Assembly: GCA_963713975.1 (NCBI GenBank)
Contig: OY970218.1
Span: 1,920,001 to 1,984,000 of the forward strand
Direction of reading: 5' to 3'
Source of the DNA: an uncultured Chloroflexia bacterium
GTDB taxonomy: Bacteria; Chloroflexota; Limnocylindria; Limnocylindrales; CSP1-4
DNA length: 64,000 bases
Shown here: positions 1-8,746 of the stretch, one piece after another
Numbering within the stretch: the first letter of the stretch is position 1
Layout of the letters: each line of letters opens with the position of its first letter
Notes under the pieces: model-generated
Database searches by the model: none
What the model was told of the DNA's origin: nothing
What the model saw: only the letters and a program-made list of their open reading frames with translations
Made by a program: the position numbers and the translations under genes

Positions 1-150
1 CGAGGCAACGACCCACAGGACGCGGCTGCCGGGGTGCTCGGCTAGCAGCCGCAGGATCGTCGCGCCAGCGCCGATCTCGATGTCGTCGGCATGGGCGCCC
101 ACGGCCAGGATGGCGAGCGGACCCGGTGTCGAGAACGTGAGGCGGTGCAT
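1..150 (-). CDS. PIG-L/LmbE-family deacetylase (5' part; runs off the window start)
   Basis: Manual translation from ATG at 150 gives MHRLTFSTPGPLAILAVGAHADDIEIGAGATILRLL, with the PIG-L HxDD motif. It lies 3 nt downstream of the cytidylyltransferase stop. Confidence 0.85.
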   Translation of the reverse strand, partial: MHRLTFSTPGPLAILAVGAHADDIEIGAGATILRLLAEHPGSRVLWVVAS

Positions 151-153
151 CGC

Positions 154-942
154 TCAGCCATTGCCGTTGGGCTGCCAGGGGGCCCACGGCGGGCGCCCCT
201 TGTCGTATGCCGCCTGCAGCCGCTGCACGTCCTTGAGCGTGTCCATCGGGGCCCAGTAGCCATCATAGGTGTCGCCTTGCAGCCTGCCAGCAGCGATGAG
301 CCTCGAGAACGGCTCTTCGATCAACTCCTCACCCGGCCCGATGAAGTCGAAGATCTCCGGGCGGAAGATGAAGTAGCCACCGTTGATCCAGAGATCCGAG
401 GTGCCGACATCGTCGATGCGGGAGACGAGGTTCTGGTCGCCCATCCGGACGATGTGGAACGAGTAGGAGGCAGGGCGGACGCACATGAACGACGCGATGG
501 CGTCGCCTGCCATGAAGCGCGTGATCCGCTCGTCCAGCGGCGCATCCGTGAGGACGTCGCCGTAGTTCGCGAGGAACGGCTCGTCGCCGACGTGCTCGCG
601 CACCGCTACCAACCGCTGCCCCACGTTCGCGGACAGGCCCGTGTCGATGAAGGTGATCTTCCAGTCCGAGATGTCGCGCGCGAGCAGCTCGACCTTGCCG
701 GTCTCGCCCGAAAGCACGAAGTCGTTCGAGAGGGCCTCCTGGTACCGGAGGAAGTAGTCCTTGATGACGTCGGCCTTGTAGCCGAGGCACAGGATGAACT
801 CGCGGTGCCCGAAGTGCGCGTAGTACCGCATCACGTGCCACAGCATGGGTCGGTATCCGATGGCGACCATCGGCTTCGGAAGCTGCTCCGAGTGGTCACG
901 CAGCCGGAGCCCCTGGCCCCCACAGAACAACACGACCTTCAA
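154..942 (-). CDS. Glucose-1-phosphate cytidylyltransferase-like nucleotidyltransferase (paralog 1)
   Basis: KVVLFCGGQGLRL...PKPMV, ILCLGYK, NYGD, WINGGYF, WAPMDT motifs. Likely TTG start at 942; the longer ORF to 1284 is an overextension. Confidence 0.88.
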   Translation of the reverse strand: MKVVLFCGGQGLRLRDHSEQLPKPMVAIGYRPMLWHVMRYYAHFGHREFILCLGYKADVIKDYFLRYQEALSNDFVLSGETGKVELLARDISDWKITFIDTGLSANVGQRLVAVREHVGDEPFLANYGDVLTDAPLDERITRFMAGDAIASFMCVRPASYSFHIVRMGDQNLVSRIDDVGTSDLWINGGYFIFRPEIFDFIGPGEELIEEPFSRLIAAGRLQGDTYDGYWAPMDTLKDVQRLQAAYDKGRPPWAPWQPNGNG

Positions 943-1168
943 GCTTCCTGCGTCCCTTCGCGGATGAGGGCACGCCCGCCCGGCCGACCGCTGCGGCTCC
1001 GACGGGTGCCCCGATCGGGGCGGGTGCATGGTGCGACGCCGCACCGGGCAATGCACATCCTGTGGCCACTCAACGTTGGCGACCACCTGCCAGAGGTACC
1101 ATCGGGCAGAGTACCGGCGTCCATCGTGCCCGACCTGAACGGCGCCCGTACCGGGAGACGCGACACAC

Positions 1169-1936
1169 GTGCGAACTGTGATCCTGGCTGGTGGAGTGGG
1201 CAGCCGTTTGTCCGAGGAGACGACATCCAGGCCCAAGCCGATGGTCGAGATCGGCGGCAATCCGATCCTCTGGCACATCCTCAAGCACTACGCCCACTTC
1301 GGGTACGACGAGTTCATCGTCGCGCTCGGCTACCGGGGAGACATGGTCAAGCAGTACTTCGCGCAGTACGCGTCCCTGGCCGGCGAGATCACGGTCAACA
1401 CGGGCCGGGGGACCATCGACCGTGTCGGCGGACACCTCGAGGACTGGACGCTCCACCTCGTGGACACCGGTCTCGAGACCGCGACCGGAGGCCGGATGCG
1501 CAGGGTCGCACACCTCCTGGATGGAACGTTCATGATGACATTCGGGGACGGGGTCTCGGACGTGGACCTTCACCGCCTCGTCGCCTTCCACCGGTCTCAC
1601 GGGCGTCTTGCAACGATCACCGCCGTGCGCCCTCCTGCGCGCTTTGGGCACGTTGACATCAAGGGCGACGCCGTCGTGGAGTTCTCCGAGAAGCCGCAGA
1701 CCGGTGAAGGCTGGATCAACGGTGGCTTCATGGTCCTGGAGCCGGGAGTCCTGGACTACATCGACGATGACGACGTCTACTTCCAGAAGGAGCCGATGGA
1801 GCGTCTCGCTGCGGATGGCCAGCTGATGGCCTACCGCCACGAGTCGTTCTGGCAATGCATGGACACGATGCGCGACCGGGTCATGCTCGAGCGCCTCTGG
1901 AGCACGGGTCGCGCACCATGGAGGGTCTGGAACTGA
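1169..1936 (+). CDS. rfbF: Glucose-1-phosphate cytidylyltransferase
   Basis: VILAGGVGSRL, PKPMVEIGG, DTGLETATGGR, WINGGF, FWQCMDT..RD, APW motifs. Confidence 0.92.
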   Translation: MRTVILAGGVGSRLSEETTSRPKPMVEIGGNPILWHILKHYAHFGYDEFIVALGYRGDMVKQYFAQYASLAGEITVNTGRGTIDRVGGHLEDWTLHLVDTGLETATGGRMRRVAHLLDGTFMMTFGDGVSDVDLHRLVAFHRSHGRLATITAVRPPARFGHVDIKGDAVVEFSEKPQTGEGWINGGFMVLEPGVLDYIDDDDVYFQKEPMERLAADGQLMAYRHESFWQCMDTMRDRVMLERLWSTGRAPWRVWN

Positions 1937-2991
1937 TGCGGGTCCTGGTCACCGGCAGCGAGGGCTACATCGGGACGGTCCTGTGCGCCTACCTGCTTGA
2001 TCGCGGTCACGACGTGACGGGGCTCGACACCGGCTTCCACCGCGTTGGATGGCTGTACCACGGCGTCGACCGCTCGCCGGGCTGGCTGGCCAGGGACATC
2101 CGCCAGGTCGAGGCCGCGGACCTGGCCGGGTTCGACGCCATCGTGCACCTCGCGGAGCTGTCGAACGATCCAGTGGGGCAGCTCAACCCGGACATCACCT
2201 TCGAGATCAACCACCGCGGCAGCGTGCGCCTGGCAACGCTCGCCCGGGAAGCAGGCGTGGAACGCTTCATCTACATGTCCTCGTGCAGCGTGTACGGGGC
2301 CGCCGGGGATACGGACAGCACCGAGACCTCGGACGTGCACCCCCTGACGGCATACGCCAAGTGCAAGGTGCTGGTGGAGCGCGACCTGCCCTCCCTCGCG
2401 AACGACGACTTCTCGCCGACCTTCCTGCGCAACGCAACGGCGTTCGGCGCGTCGCCGCGGATGCGGTTCGATCTCGTCGTCAACGACCTGGCCGGCCACG
2501 CCTGGACGGAGCAGGTGATCCGGATGGACAGCGACGGTCGCCCATGGCGCCCGTTCGTCCACATCCTCGACATCAGCCAGGCGATCGACCGGGTGCTCAG
2601 AGCCCCCCGTGACGCCGTCCACTGCGAGATCTTCAATGTCGGCAGCAACCTCCAGAACCACCAGGTGAGGGAGGTCGCCGAGATGATCGCCGACACGTTC
2701 CCGGGTTGCCGGACGCAGTTCGGCGACAGCTCCGGCGACCACCGCAACTACCGCGCGAACTTCGACAAGATCCACGAGCGCCTCGGGTTCGAGACCCGGT
2801 ACGACGTCGCGAGCGGCGCTCGCCAGCTGCTCGAGGTGTTCCAGGCCGTCAGCATGACGACGGACCTGTTCGAGTCGCGCGCCCACACCCGGATCAAGCA
2901 GATCCGGCACCTGCTGGAGACCGGGCAGATCGACCAGCGGTTCTTCTGGGTCCGGGAGCCGGGCTCGCAGACCGGGAAGGCGGCCTCGTGA
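1936..2991 (+). CDS. NAD-dependent epimerase/dehydratase (extended SDR)
   Basis: GSEGYIG Rossmann motif, SSCSVYG, YxxxK (YAKCK). ATG overlaps the rfbF stop (TGATG). Confidence 0.9.
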   Translation: MRVLVTGSEGYIGTVLCAYLLDRGHDVTGLDTGFHRVGWLYHGVDRSPGWLARDIRQVEAADLAGFDAIVHLAELSNDPVGQLNPDITFEINHRGSVRLATLAREAGVERFIYMSSCSVYGAAGDTDSTETSDVHPLTAYAKCKVLVERDLPSLANDDFSPTFLRNATAFGASPRMRFDLVVNDLAGHAWTEQVIRMDSDGRPWRPFVHILDISQAIDRVLRAPRDAVHCEIFNVGSNLQNHQVREVAEMIADTFPGCRTQFGDSSGDHRNYRANFDKIHERLGFETRYDVASGARQLLEVFQAVSMTTDLFESRAHTRIKQIRHLLETGQIDQRFFWVREPGSQTGKAAS

Positions 2992-3533
2992 ACCTGAGCC
3001 CGGCGGGCCTTGCCGGGTCGTTCCTGATCGACCTGAGCAGGATCGGCGACGAGCGGGGGTTCTTTGCGCGGACCTGGGACGACGAGTGGTCCGAGCAGCT
3101 CGGCGTGGCGACCCGCGCGGTGCAGGTCAACCTGTCCACGAATCGCAGACGGGGGACGATCAGGGGCCTGCACTGGCAGGTGCCCCCGTACGGCGAGTCC
3201 AAGCTGCTGCGATGCACCCGGGGGGCCGTGTTCGACGTCGCCGTAGACCTGCGACCCGATTCGCCCACGTACCGCCAGTGGCAGGGGCACCGTCTCGACA
3301 CGGACAACCGCACCATGGTGTTCGTGCCCGTGGGCTGTGCGCACGGCTACCAGGCGCTCGAGGACGACTCGGAGGTCTCCTACCAGGTCTCGCACCCGTA
3401 CGTGCCCGGCTCCGAGCTCGGCATCCGCTGGAACGACCCGGCCCTGCAGATCGCATGGCCGATCACGGAGGACGTGATCGTGTCCGACAAGGACATGGCC
3501 TGGCCCGATCTCACCCCGGAGACACACGTATGA
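2988..3533 (+). CDS. rfbC: NDP-4-keto-6-deoxyhexose 3,5-epimerase (RfbC/RmlC family)
   Basis: DERGFFAR, RGLHWQ, KLLRCTRGAVFDVAVDLR, AHGYQ, IRWNDP, SDKD. GTGA overlap with the upstream gene. Confidence 0.9.
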   Translation: MNLSPAGLAGSFLIDLSRIGDERGFFARTWDDEWSEQLGVATRAVQVNLSTNRRRGTIRGLHWQVPPYGESKLLRCTRGAVFDVAVDLRPDSPTYRQWQGHRLDTDNRTMVFVPVGCAHGYQALEDDSEVSYQVSHPYVPGSELGIRWNDPALQIAWPITEDVIVSDKDMAWPDLTPETHV

Positions 3534-4819
3534 GCACCCTGCTTCGAGCGCTCGAGGAACGAGCTTCTGCCGGCGATCCCATCCGCGTCGGCCTGGTCGG
3601 TGCCGGTTACGCGGCTCGCGGGTTCGCGGCACGGATCATCCGCCGGTCGCCCGGCATCGAGATCGTCGCCATCGCCAACCGGACCGTGTCGCAGGCTGCC
3701 CGAGCCTACCGCGAGGCCGGCGTGGACGAACCGGGTCAGGTCGGGTCGGTGGCGGAGCTGGATGCCGCCATCCGTGGCCGCCGGCCGGTTGTCACCGACG
3801 ACCCCACCCTGCTGACCGGCGCCGGGGACATCGAGGTCATCGTGGAGGCGACAGGCGAGGTCGAGTTCGGCGCCCATGTCGCGACCCGGGCGATCGACGC
3901 CGGCAAGCACCTGGTCCTGATCAACGCGGAGCTCGACTCCTGTCTCGGCCCGATCCTCAAGACCCGGGCAGACGCTGTCGGCGTCGTCCTCACGGACATG
4001 GCAGGCGACCAGCCCGCCGTGATCATGGATCTCGTCGACGAGGTCCGGCTCCTCGGCTTCCGGCCGATCCTCGCGGGCAACATCAAGAGCCTGCTGGACC
4101 ACAAGCGCACGCCGGAGACGCAGAAGGGGTTCGCGGAGGCCCACGGGCAGCGGCCGAAGATGATCACCTCGTTCGCAGACGGCACGAAGATCGCAGCAGA
4201 GATGGGGGTCGTCGCCAATGCGACGGGCTTCGGCGTCGCCGAGCGCGGCATGCGTGGGCCACGCGCCGAGCGCGTGGAGCAGGCCCCGGAGCGGTTCGAC
4301 ATCGAGGCCCTGCTGGAGCGCCCGATCGTCGACTATCTCCTCGGCGCCGAGCCGAGCTTCGGTGTCTTCGTCCTGGGCTACGAGGAAGACGCCCTGACCC
4401 GCGACTACATGAAGTTCTACAAGATGGGCGACGGGCCGGTCTACACCTTCTATCGGCCGCTCCACCTCGGGCCGCTGGAGACCGTGCAGTCGGTCGCCCG
4501 CGCGGTCCTGCTGAACGACGCCGCGGCCGCGCCGCTCGGGGGACCGGTGACCGAGGTCGTCGCCCAGGCGAAGCGGGACCTGGCGGTCGGCGACACGCTC
4601 GATGGGATCGGCGGCTTCACCGTCTACGGCATGCTCGAGAACGTGGGCACCGCGCGCGGTGAGAGCCTGCTGCCGATGGGCCTGACGGACGGCGCTGTCG
4701 TCGTGCGCGCCGTGAGGGAGGACGCGCCACTGACCTTCGACGACGTCGAGCTGCCGCCGGACCGCCTGGCGACTACGCTCTGGCGCGACCAGGCGGCACA
4801 TTTCGGCGTTCCCCGCTGA
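3530..4819 (+). CDS. NAD(P)-dependent oxidoreductase, homoserine dehydrogenase-like with C-terminal SAF domain
   Basis: GLVGAG Rossmann motif, NAELD, GDQP, SFADGTK, C-terminal AKRDLAVGDTLDGIGG SAF motif. ATGA overlap. Confidence 0.85.
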   Translation: MSTLLRALEERASAGDPIRVGLVGAGYAARGFAARIIRRSPGIEIVAIANRTVSQAARAYREAGVDEPGQVGSVAELDAAIRGRRPVVTDDPTLLTGAGDIEVIVEATGEVEFGAHVATRAIDAGKHLVLINAELDSCLGPILKTRADAVGVVLTDMAGDQPAVIMDLVDEVRLLGFRPILAGNIKSLLDHKRTPETQKGFAEAHGQRPKMITSFADGTKIAAEMGVVANATGFGVAERGMRGPRAERVEQAPERFDIEALLERPIVDYLLGAEPSFGVFVLGYEEDALTRDYMKFYKMGDGPVYTFYRPLHLGPLETVQSVARAVLLNDAAAAPLGGPVTEVVAQAKRDLAVGDTLDGIGGFTVYGMLENVGTARGESLLPMGLTDGAVVVRAVREDAPLTFDDVELPPDRLATTLWRDQAAHFGVPR

Positions 4820-4866
4820 CCTCGATCCTCGCATCTGCGGCCTGACCCCGCGGACACGAACGGGCC

Positions 4867-6099
4867 TCAGCGCCTGCCTGTCGGGGCCTTCGGGTAGCCG
4901 CCGATCCCACGCCTGCGGGCCATTTCCTCGTACAGGCTGGCCGTCTCGCCGACGAAGCGGTCGACCCCGAAGGCGCCGGCGACGTACGCGCGGCCCGCGG
5001 CGCCCAGGAACCGGCGCCGGTCGCCGTCCGGGGCCAGCCCGATGAGCGCGGCACGCAGGGCATCATCGTCGCCCACCGGGACGACCACCCCCGTCTGCCC
5101 GTCCTCGACGATCTCGATGGTGCCGCCAGCCGCCGTGGCCACGATCGGAACCCCGGCTGCGGCTGCCTCGAGCACCGAGTTCGGGAGGCCCTCAGCCTCC
5201 GACGCCGAGACGAAGAGATCCATGGCGCCGAACAGCGGCCGCGCATCGAGAACGTCGCCCGTCAGGGTCACCCGCCCTTCCAGCCCGAGCGAGGCGACCT
5301 GGTGTTCGATCGCCTCGCGGCATGGCCCGCCCCCCACGAGCACGAGCCGGCAGTCCGGAACCGCCGCGAGCAGCGAGGGCATCGCGGCGACGATCCGCTC
5401 ATGCCCCTTGCCGGGACGCATCGAACCGACGTAGCCAACCAGGATGTCGGACGGCGCCACCCCCCATCCGGCCCGGATGGCCCTGCGCTCGTCCTCCGGC
5501 ATGGGATCGGGAATGAGCACGCCGTTGCGGATCACACGGATCGAGTCGCGGGCCACGCCCTCGCGACCTGCCACGTCGTCCGCCACCACCGAGGAGTTGG
5601 CGAAGATCACGTCCGACGAGCGGAGTGCGACCGAGTCCACTAAGCGTTCGAGGCGGTTGAACCGCTCCTTGTAGCCGCTGAGGCTGACGCGACCGCTGAT
5701 CAGCACGGGGGTACGCGTGATCCGGCGCGTCACGGCTGCCAGCCCGTACCCCTGGTAGAGCCAGGCATCGACGATGTCGAATCGCTCCCGCCTGCACAGG
5801 CGGACGTAGTCGAGGACCACCTTCGCCGTCCTGAGGGCGAGGAGGGGCCTGGCGGCCGTGCGGCGGCCATGGGCACCGAGCGAGTGCACCCTTGCTCCGG
5901 CGGCAACCGCCAGGTCGGCGTTCGGCGTCCAGCGTCCGAGCATGATGAACGTCACGTCGAACCGGTCGCGTGGGAGGCGCTCGGCCAGCAGGATCATCTG
6001 TCGCTCGGCGCCACCAACCGTCAGGGAGGCCGGGTAGAGGATCCGGAGCGGCGTTCGTCCGGCCGGTCCGGTTGGTGAAGCGGGCATGGGTGGGAGCAT
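4867..6099 (-). CDS. Glycosyltransferase family 4
   Basis: GGAERQM, VIRNG, KGH, EGLPNSVLEA motifs. The start may instead be at 6087. Confidence 0.9.
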   Translation of the reverse strand: MLPPMPASPTGPAGRTPLRILYPASLTVGGAERQMILLAERLPRDRFDVTFIMLGRWTPNADLAVAAGARVHSLGAHGRRTAARPLLALRTAKVVLDYVRLCRRERFDIVDAWLYQGYGLAAVTRRITRTPVLISGRVSLSGYKERFNRLERLVDSVALRSSDVIFANSSVVADDVAGREGVARDSIRVIRNGVLIPDPMPEDERRAIRAGWGVAPSDILVGYVGSMRPGKGHERIVAAMPSLLAAVPDCRLVLVGGGPCREAIEHQVASLGLEGRVTLTGDVLDARPLFGAMDLFVSASEAEGLPNSVLEAAAAGVPIVATAAGGTIEIVEDGQTGVVVPVGDDDALRAALIGLAPDGDRRRFLGAAGRAYVAGAFGVDRFVGETASLYEEMARRRGIGGYPKAPTGRR

Positions 6100-6153
6100 A
6101 CGACGGAGTGGGGACCGCCCCGCCCGCGTCCCGGCAGCCCGCCCCGCCGTCCG

Positions 6154-6882
6154 TCAGTTGATCGTGTCGCCCGGCTCCCAATCGATGATCTTGGCGGCCA
6201 GCCCACGCGCGGCCACCGCGTCCCGCAGCTGGGCCGGCGTTCCTGCGAGCGCCGGGAACGTGCCCCAGTGGATCGGAAGGACGTGGCTCACACCCAGCAG
6301 CTCCGTAGCCAGCGCGGCGCCCACCGGGTCCATCGTGTAGTGGCCGCCGATGGGGAGCATCGCGAGGTCCGGCCGGAACAGCTCGCGAATGAGCGCCATG
6401 TCACCGAAGACGGCCGTGTCGCCCGCGTGGTAGATCCGGAACCCGTTCTCCAGCTCCACGACGAAGCCGGCGGGCTCGCCGAGGTAGAGCGTGGTCTCGC
6501 CGCCGGCGTTCCAGTCGCCGGCCGAGTGCTCCGCGCCGGTCATGGACACCCGGAGGCCGGCCGCCTCGACCGTGCCACCCTTGTTCATGCCGGTGAGCTG
6601 GTCGGCTCCGCCCGGCAGGCGGCGGGCGAGCCACAGGCTCATCTCGTGGATGCACGGCCAGGCCGGCCGGAGGCGGGCGGCCAGGGCGATCGCGTCGCCC
6701 AGGTGGTCGCCGTGGCCATGGGTCACCAGGAGCAGGTCGCAGCGGTCCACCGTGTCGGCGGAGCGCGGACTCTTCGGGTTTCCCAGCCAGGGGTCGAACA
6801 GGATCACCTTGCCGCCCGGGGTGCGGACCTCCACGGCGGCATGACCCAGCCAGGTGAACGCGGTATCCCGCCCGATCGTCAT
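6154..6882 (-). CDS. Metal-dependent hydrolase, metallo-beta-lactamase fold (UPF0173/YtkL-like)
   Basis: WLGHAA, DPWL.GNP, THGHGDH, YHAGDT, LPIGG.YTM, PIHWGTF. Confidence 0.9.
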   Translation of the reverse strand: MTIGRDTAFTWLGHAAVEVRTPGGKVILFDPWLGNPKSPRSADTVDRCDLLLVTHGHGDHLGDAIALAARLRPAWPCIHEMSLWLARRLPGGADQLTGMNKGGTVEAAGLRVSMTGAEHSAGDWNAGGETTLYLGEPAGFVVELENGFRIYHAGDTAVFGDMALIRELFRPDLAMLPIGGHYTMDPVGAALATELLGVSHVLPIHWGTFPALAGTPAQLRDAVAARGLAAKIIDWEPGDTIN

Positions 6883-6986
6883 GTCGTGCCTCCCGCCGGC
6901 ACCGGGCCGGCCGCTGCTGCTGTGGATGACCGCAACCGATTATCCGCCTCGCGTCCCGGCGAGGCACGGCGGCTACACTCCGCTGC

Positions 6987-7826
6987 GTGCCCGCCGAGCA
7001 GATCGCATCGAACCTCGCGCTGATCAACTGGACCGTCCTGGCGGGGCTCGCCGTCGGGTCGTTCGTTCTGGTCGCGTTCGCGCGCCTGCGCACGGCGGCC
7101 ACGAAGGGGTACCTGGCATTCACGGCGCTGTGCGCGACCGGGTTCGGCGTGCTGGCGTATCTCTCGGACACGGCCCTGCCGGTCATCGTGGCCGGGTCGC
7201 CGGTGACGGCCGACCCGGCCTGGGATGCCCCTCGTCGCGCCCTCCTCGTCGCGTTCGTGGTCCTGGCCCTGGTCACGGCGATCGCGATCTCGCGCGGCGG
7301 ACGTGCAGTCCTGCCGGGTCTGGCCGGGGCGGCCGCGGGCGTGGCGGTCCTGGTGCTGGGCGCCCTGACATGGGGTGGCGGTCCGTTGGGCGTGGCCCAG
7401 CTCACCGTCCAGCTGGTGGTGCTCGCCCTGGCCGCGGGTGGCGTTTTCGCCGCCATGATCCTGGGGCACTGGTACCTCGTGACGCCCAAGCTGCCGGAGG
7501 CGCCGCTGGTCCGGGTCTCGCTGGGCCTGCTCTGGGTGGTGGCGCTGCAGGTGGTGCTGTTCGTGGTCTGGGTGGGCACCGGTGCCGGACCGGGCGCAAC
7601 AGGTGGGCCCTTCGCGGCGCTCTTCGGGCCATGGGCGCTGTTCGTCTGGCTGCGGCTGCTGGTGGGCCTCGTGTTCCCGCTCGTGGTGTCGTGGGCGGCC
7701 CTGCAGACCGCGAAGACCCGCTCGATGGAGTCGGCCACGGGCCTGCACTACATCAACGTGGGGACGATCCTCGCGGGCACGATCCTGGCGGCCGGCCTCT
7801 ACTTCGGCGCCGGGCTGCTGGTCTGA
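6987..7826 (+). CDS. Polytopic membrane protein of unknown function
   Basis: About 8 hydrophobic segments and AMILGHWYL / SATGLHY motifs. It ends 13 nt before moaD-moaE. Confidence 0.75.
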   Translation: MPAEQIASNLALINWTVLAGLAVGSFVLVAFARLRTAATKGYLAFTALCATGFGVLAYLSDTALPVIVAGSPVTADPAWDAPRRALLVAFVVLALVTAIAISRGGRAVLPGLAGAAAGVAVLVLGALTWGGGPLGVAQLTVQLVVLALAAGGVFAAMILGHWYLVTPKLPEAPLVRVSLGLLWVVALQVVLFVVWVGTGAGPGATGGPFAALFGPWALFVWLRLLVGLVFPLVVSWAALQTAKTRSMESATGLHYINVGTILAGTILAAGLYFGAGLLV

Positions 7827-7839
7827 TGGAGGTCTGCCG

Positions 7840-8676
7840 ATGACGGCCCTGCCGCCCCTGCGCATCCGGGTCCGGCTGTTCGCGATGCAGCGCGAGACGG
7901 CGGGCATGAAGGAGCTGCGGCTGGAGGTGCCGCTGGGCGCGACCGTGGATGATGCGTGGTCCGCGGTGGTCGAGGTGGTGCCCGCGCTTGCGCCCGGCCG
8001 TCCATCGCTGCGATTTGCCGTCAACGGCGACTACGCGGACCCGGACCGGCCCCTGGCGGACGGTGACGAGATCGCCTGCATCCCGCCGGTGAGCGGCGGC
8101 TCCGGAGAGGACGAGACGGCACCCGCGGGCGACGAGGGCCCGAACGTCCGTCGCCGCATCCTCGAGATTCGCGAGGTGGCGTTGGGCAGCGAGCTGGCTG
8201 CTGAGCTCGCCGACCGCCTGGCGACGAACGAGGATGGCGGCGTGGTGGTCTTCCTGGGCCGCACGCGAGTCACGCCCGGAACGCCGGCCCCAGGGCAGGA
8301 GGCGGAGGCCGCCCGTCATGCGGGCCGCGCGGTCACGGGCCTGGACTACGAGGTCTTTGAGCCGATGGCCGTATCCGTCCTGGACGCGATCGCCGACGAG
8401 ATCGAGGCACGGTTCGGCGTCCGGCGGCTGGCGATCGTCCACCGGGCCGGTCCCGTGCCGCTGGGTGACACGTCCGTCCTGGTCGTGGCCGTCGCGCCGC
8501 ACCGTGACGCGGCCTTCGCGGCTGCCCGGTACGCCATCGACGAGACCAAGGCCCGGGCCCCGATCTGGAAGGCCGAGCAGTTCGCGGACGGCCAGGTGTG
8601 GATCGGTGACGTGGTCCGGACCGGTCCCCCAGGGGAGCCTGCCCCGTCCCGGGATCCGGGCAACACGACGGCGTAG
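7840..8676 (+). CDS. Molybdopterin synthase MoaD-MoaE fusion protein
   Basis: N-terminal VRLFA...AVNG.Y...IPPVSGG (MoaD). C-terminal GGVVVFLG.TR, LDYE, IVHR.G, HR.AAF, KARAPIWKAE (MoaE). GGAGG RBS. Confidence 0.9.
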   Translation: MTALPPLRIRVRLFAMQRETAGMKELRLEVPLGATVDDAWSAVVEVVPALAPGRPSLRFAVNGDYADPDRPLADGDEIACIPPVSGGSGEDETAPAGDEGPNVRRRILEIREVALGSELAAELADRLATNEDGGVVVFLGRTRVTPGTPAPGQEAEAARHAGRAVTGLDYEVFEPMAVSVLDAIADEIEARFGVRRLAIVHRAGPVPLGDTSVLVVAVAPHRDAAFAAARYAIDETKARAPIWKAEQFADGQVWIGDVVRTGPPGEPAPSRDPGNTTA

Positions 8677-8746
8677 CCCGATCGTCTCACCGTCTGTCGC
8701 CCGGTTGACCGGTCGCGGCACGGGCACCGGGCGCCATACTGCGCAC

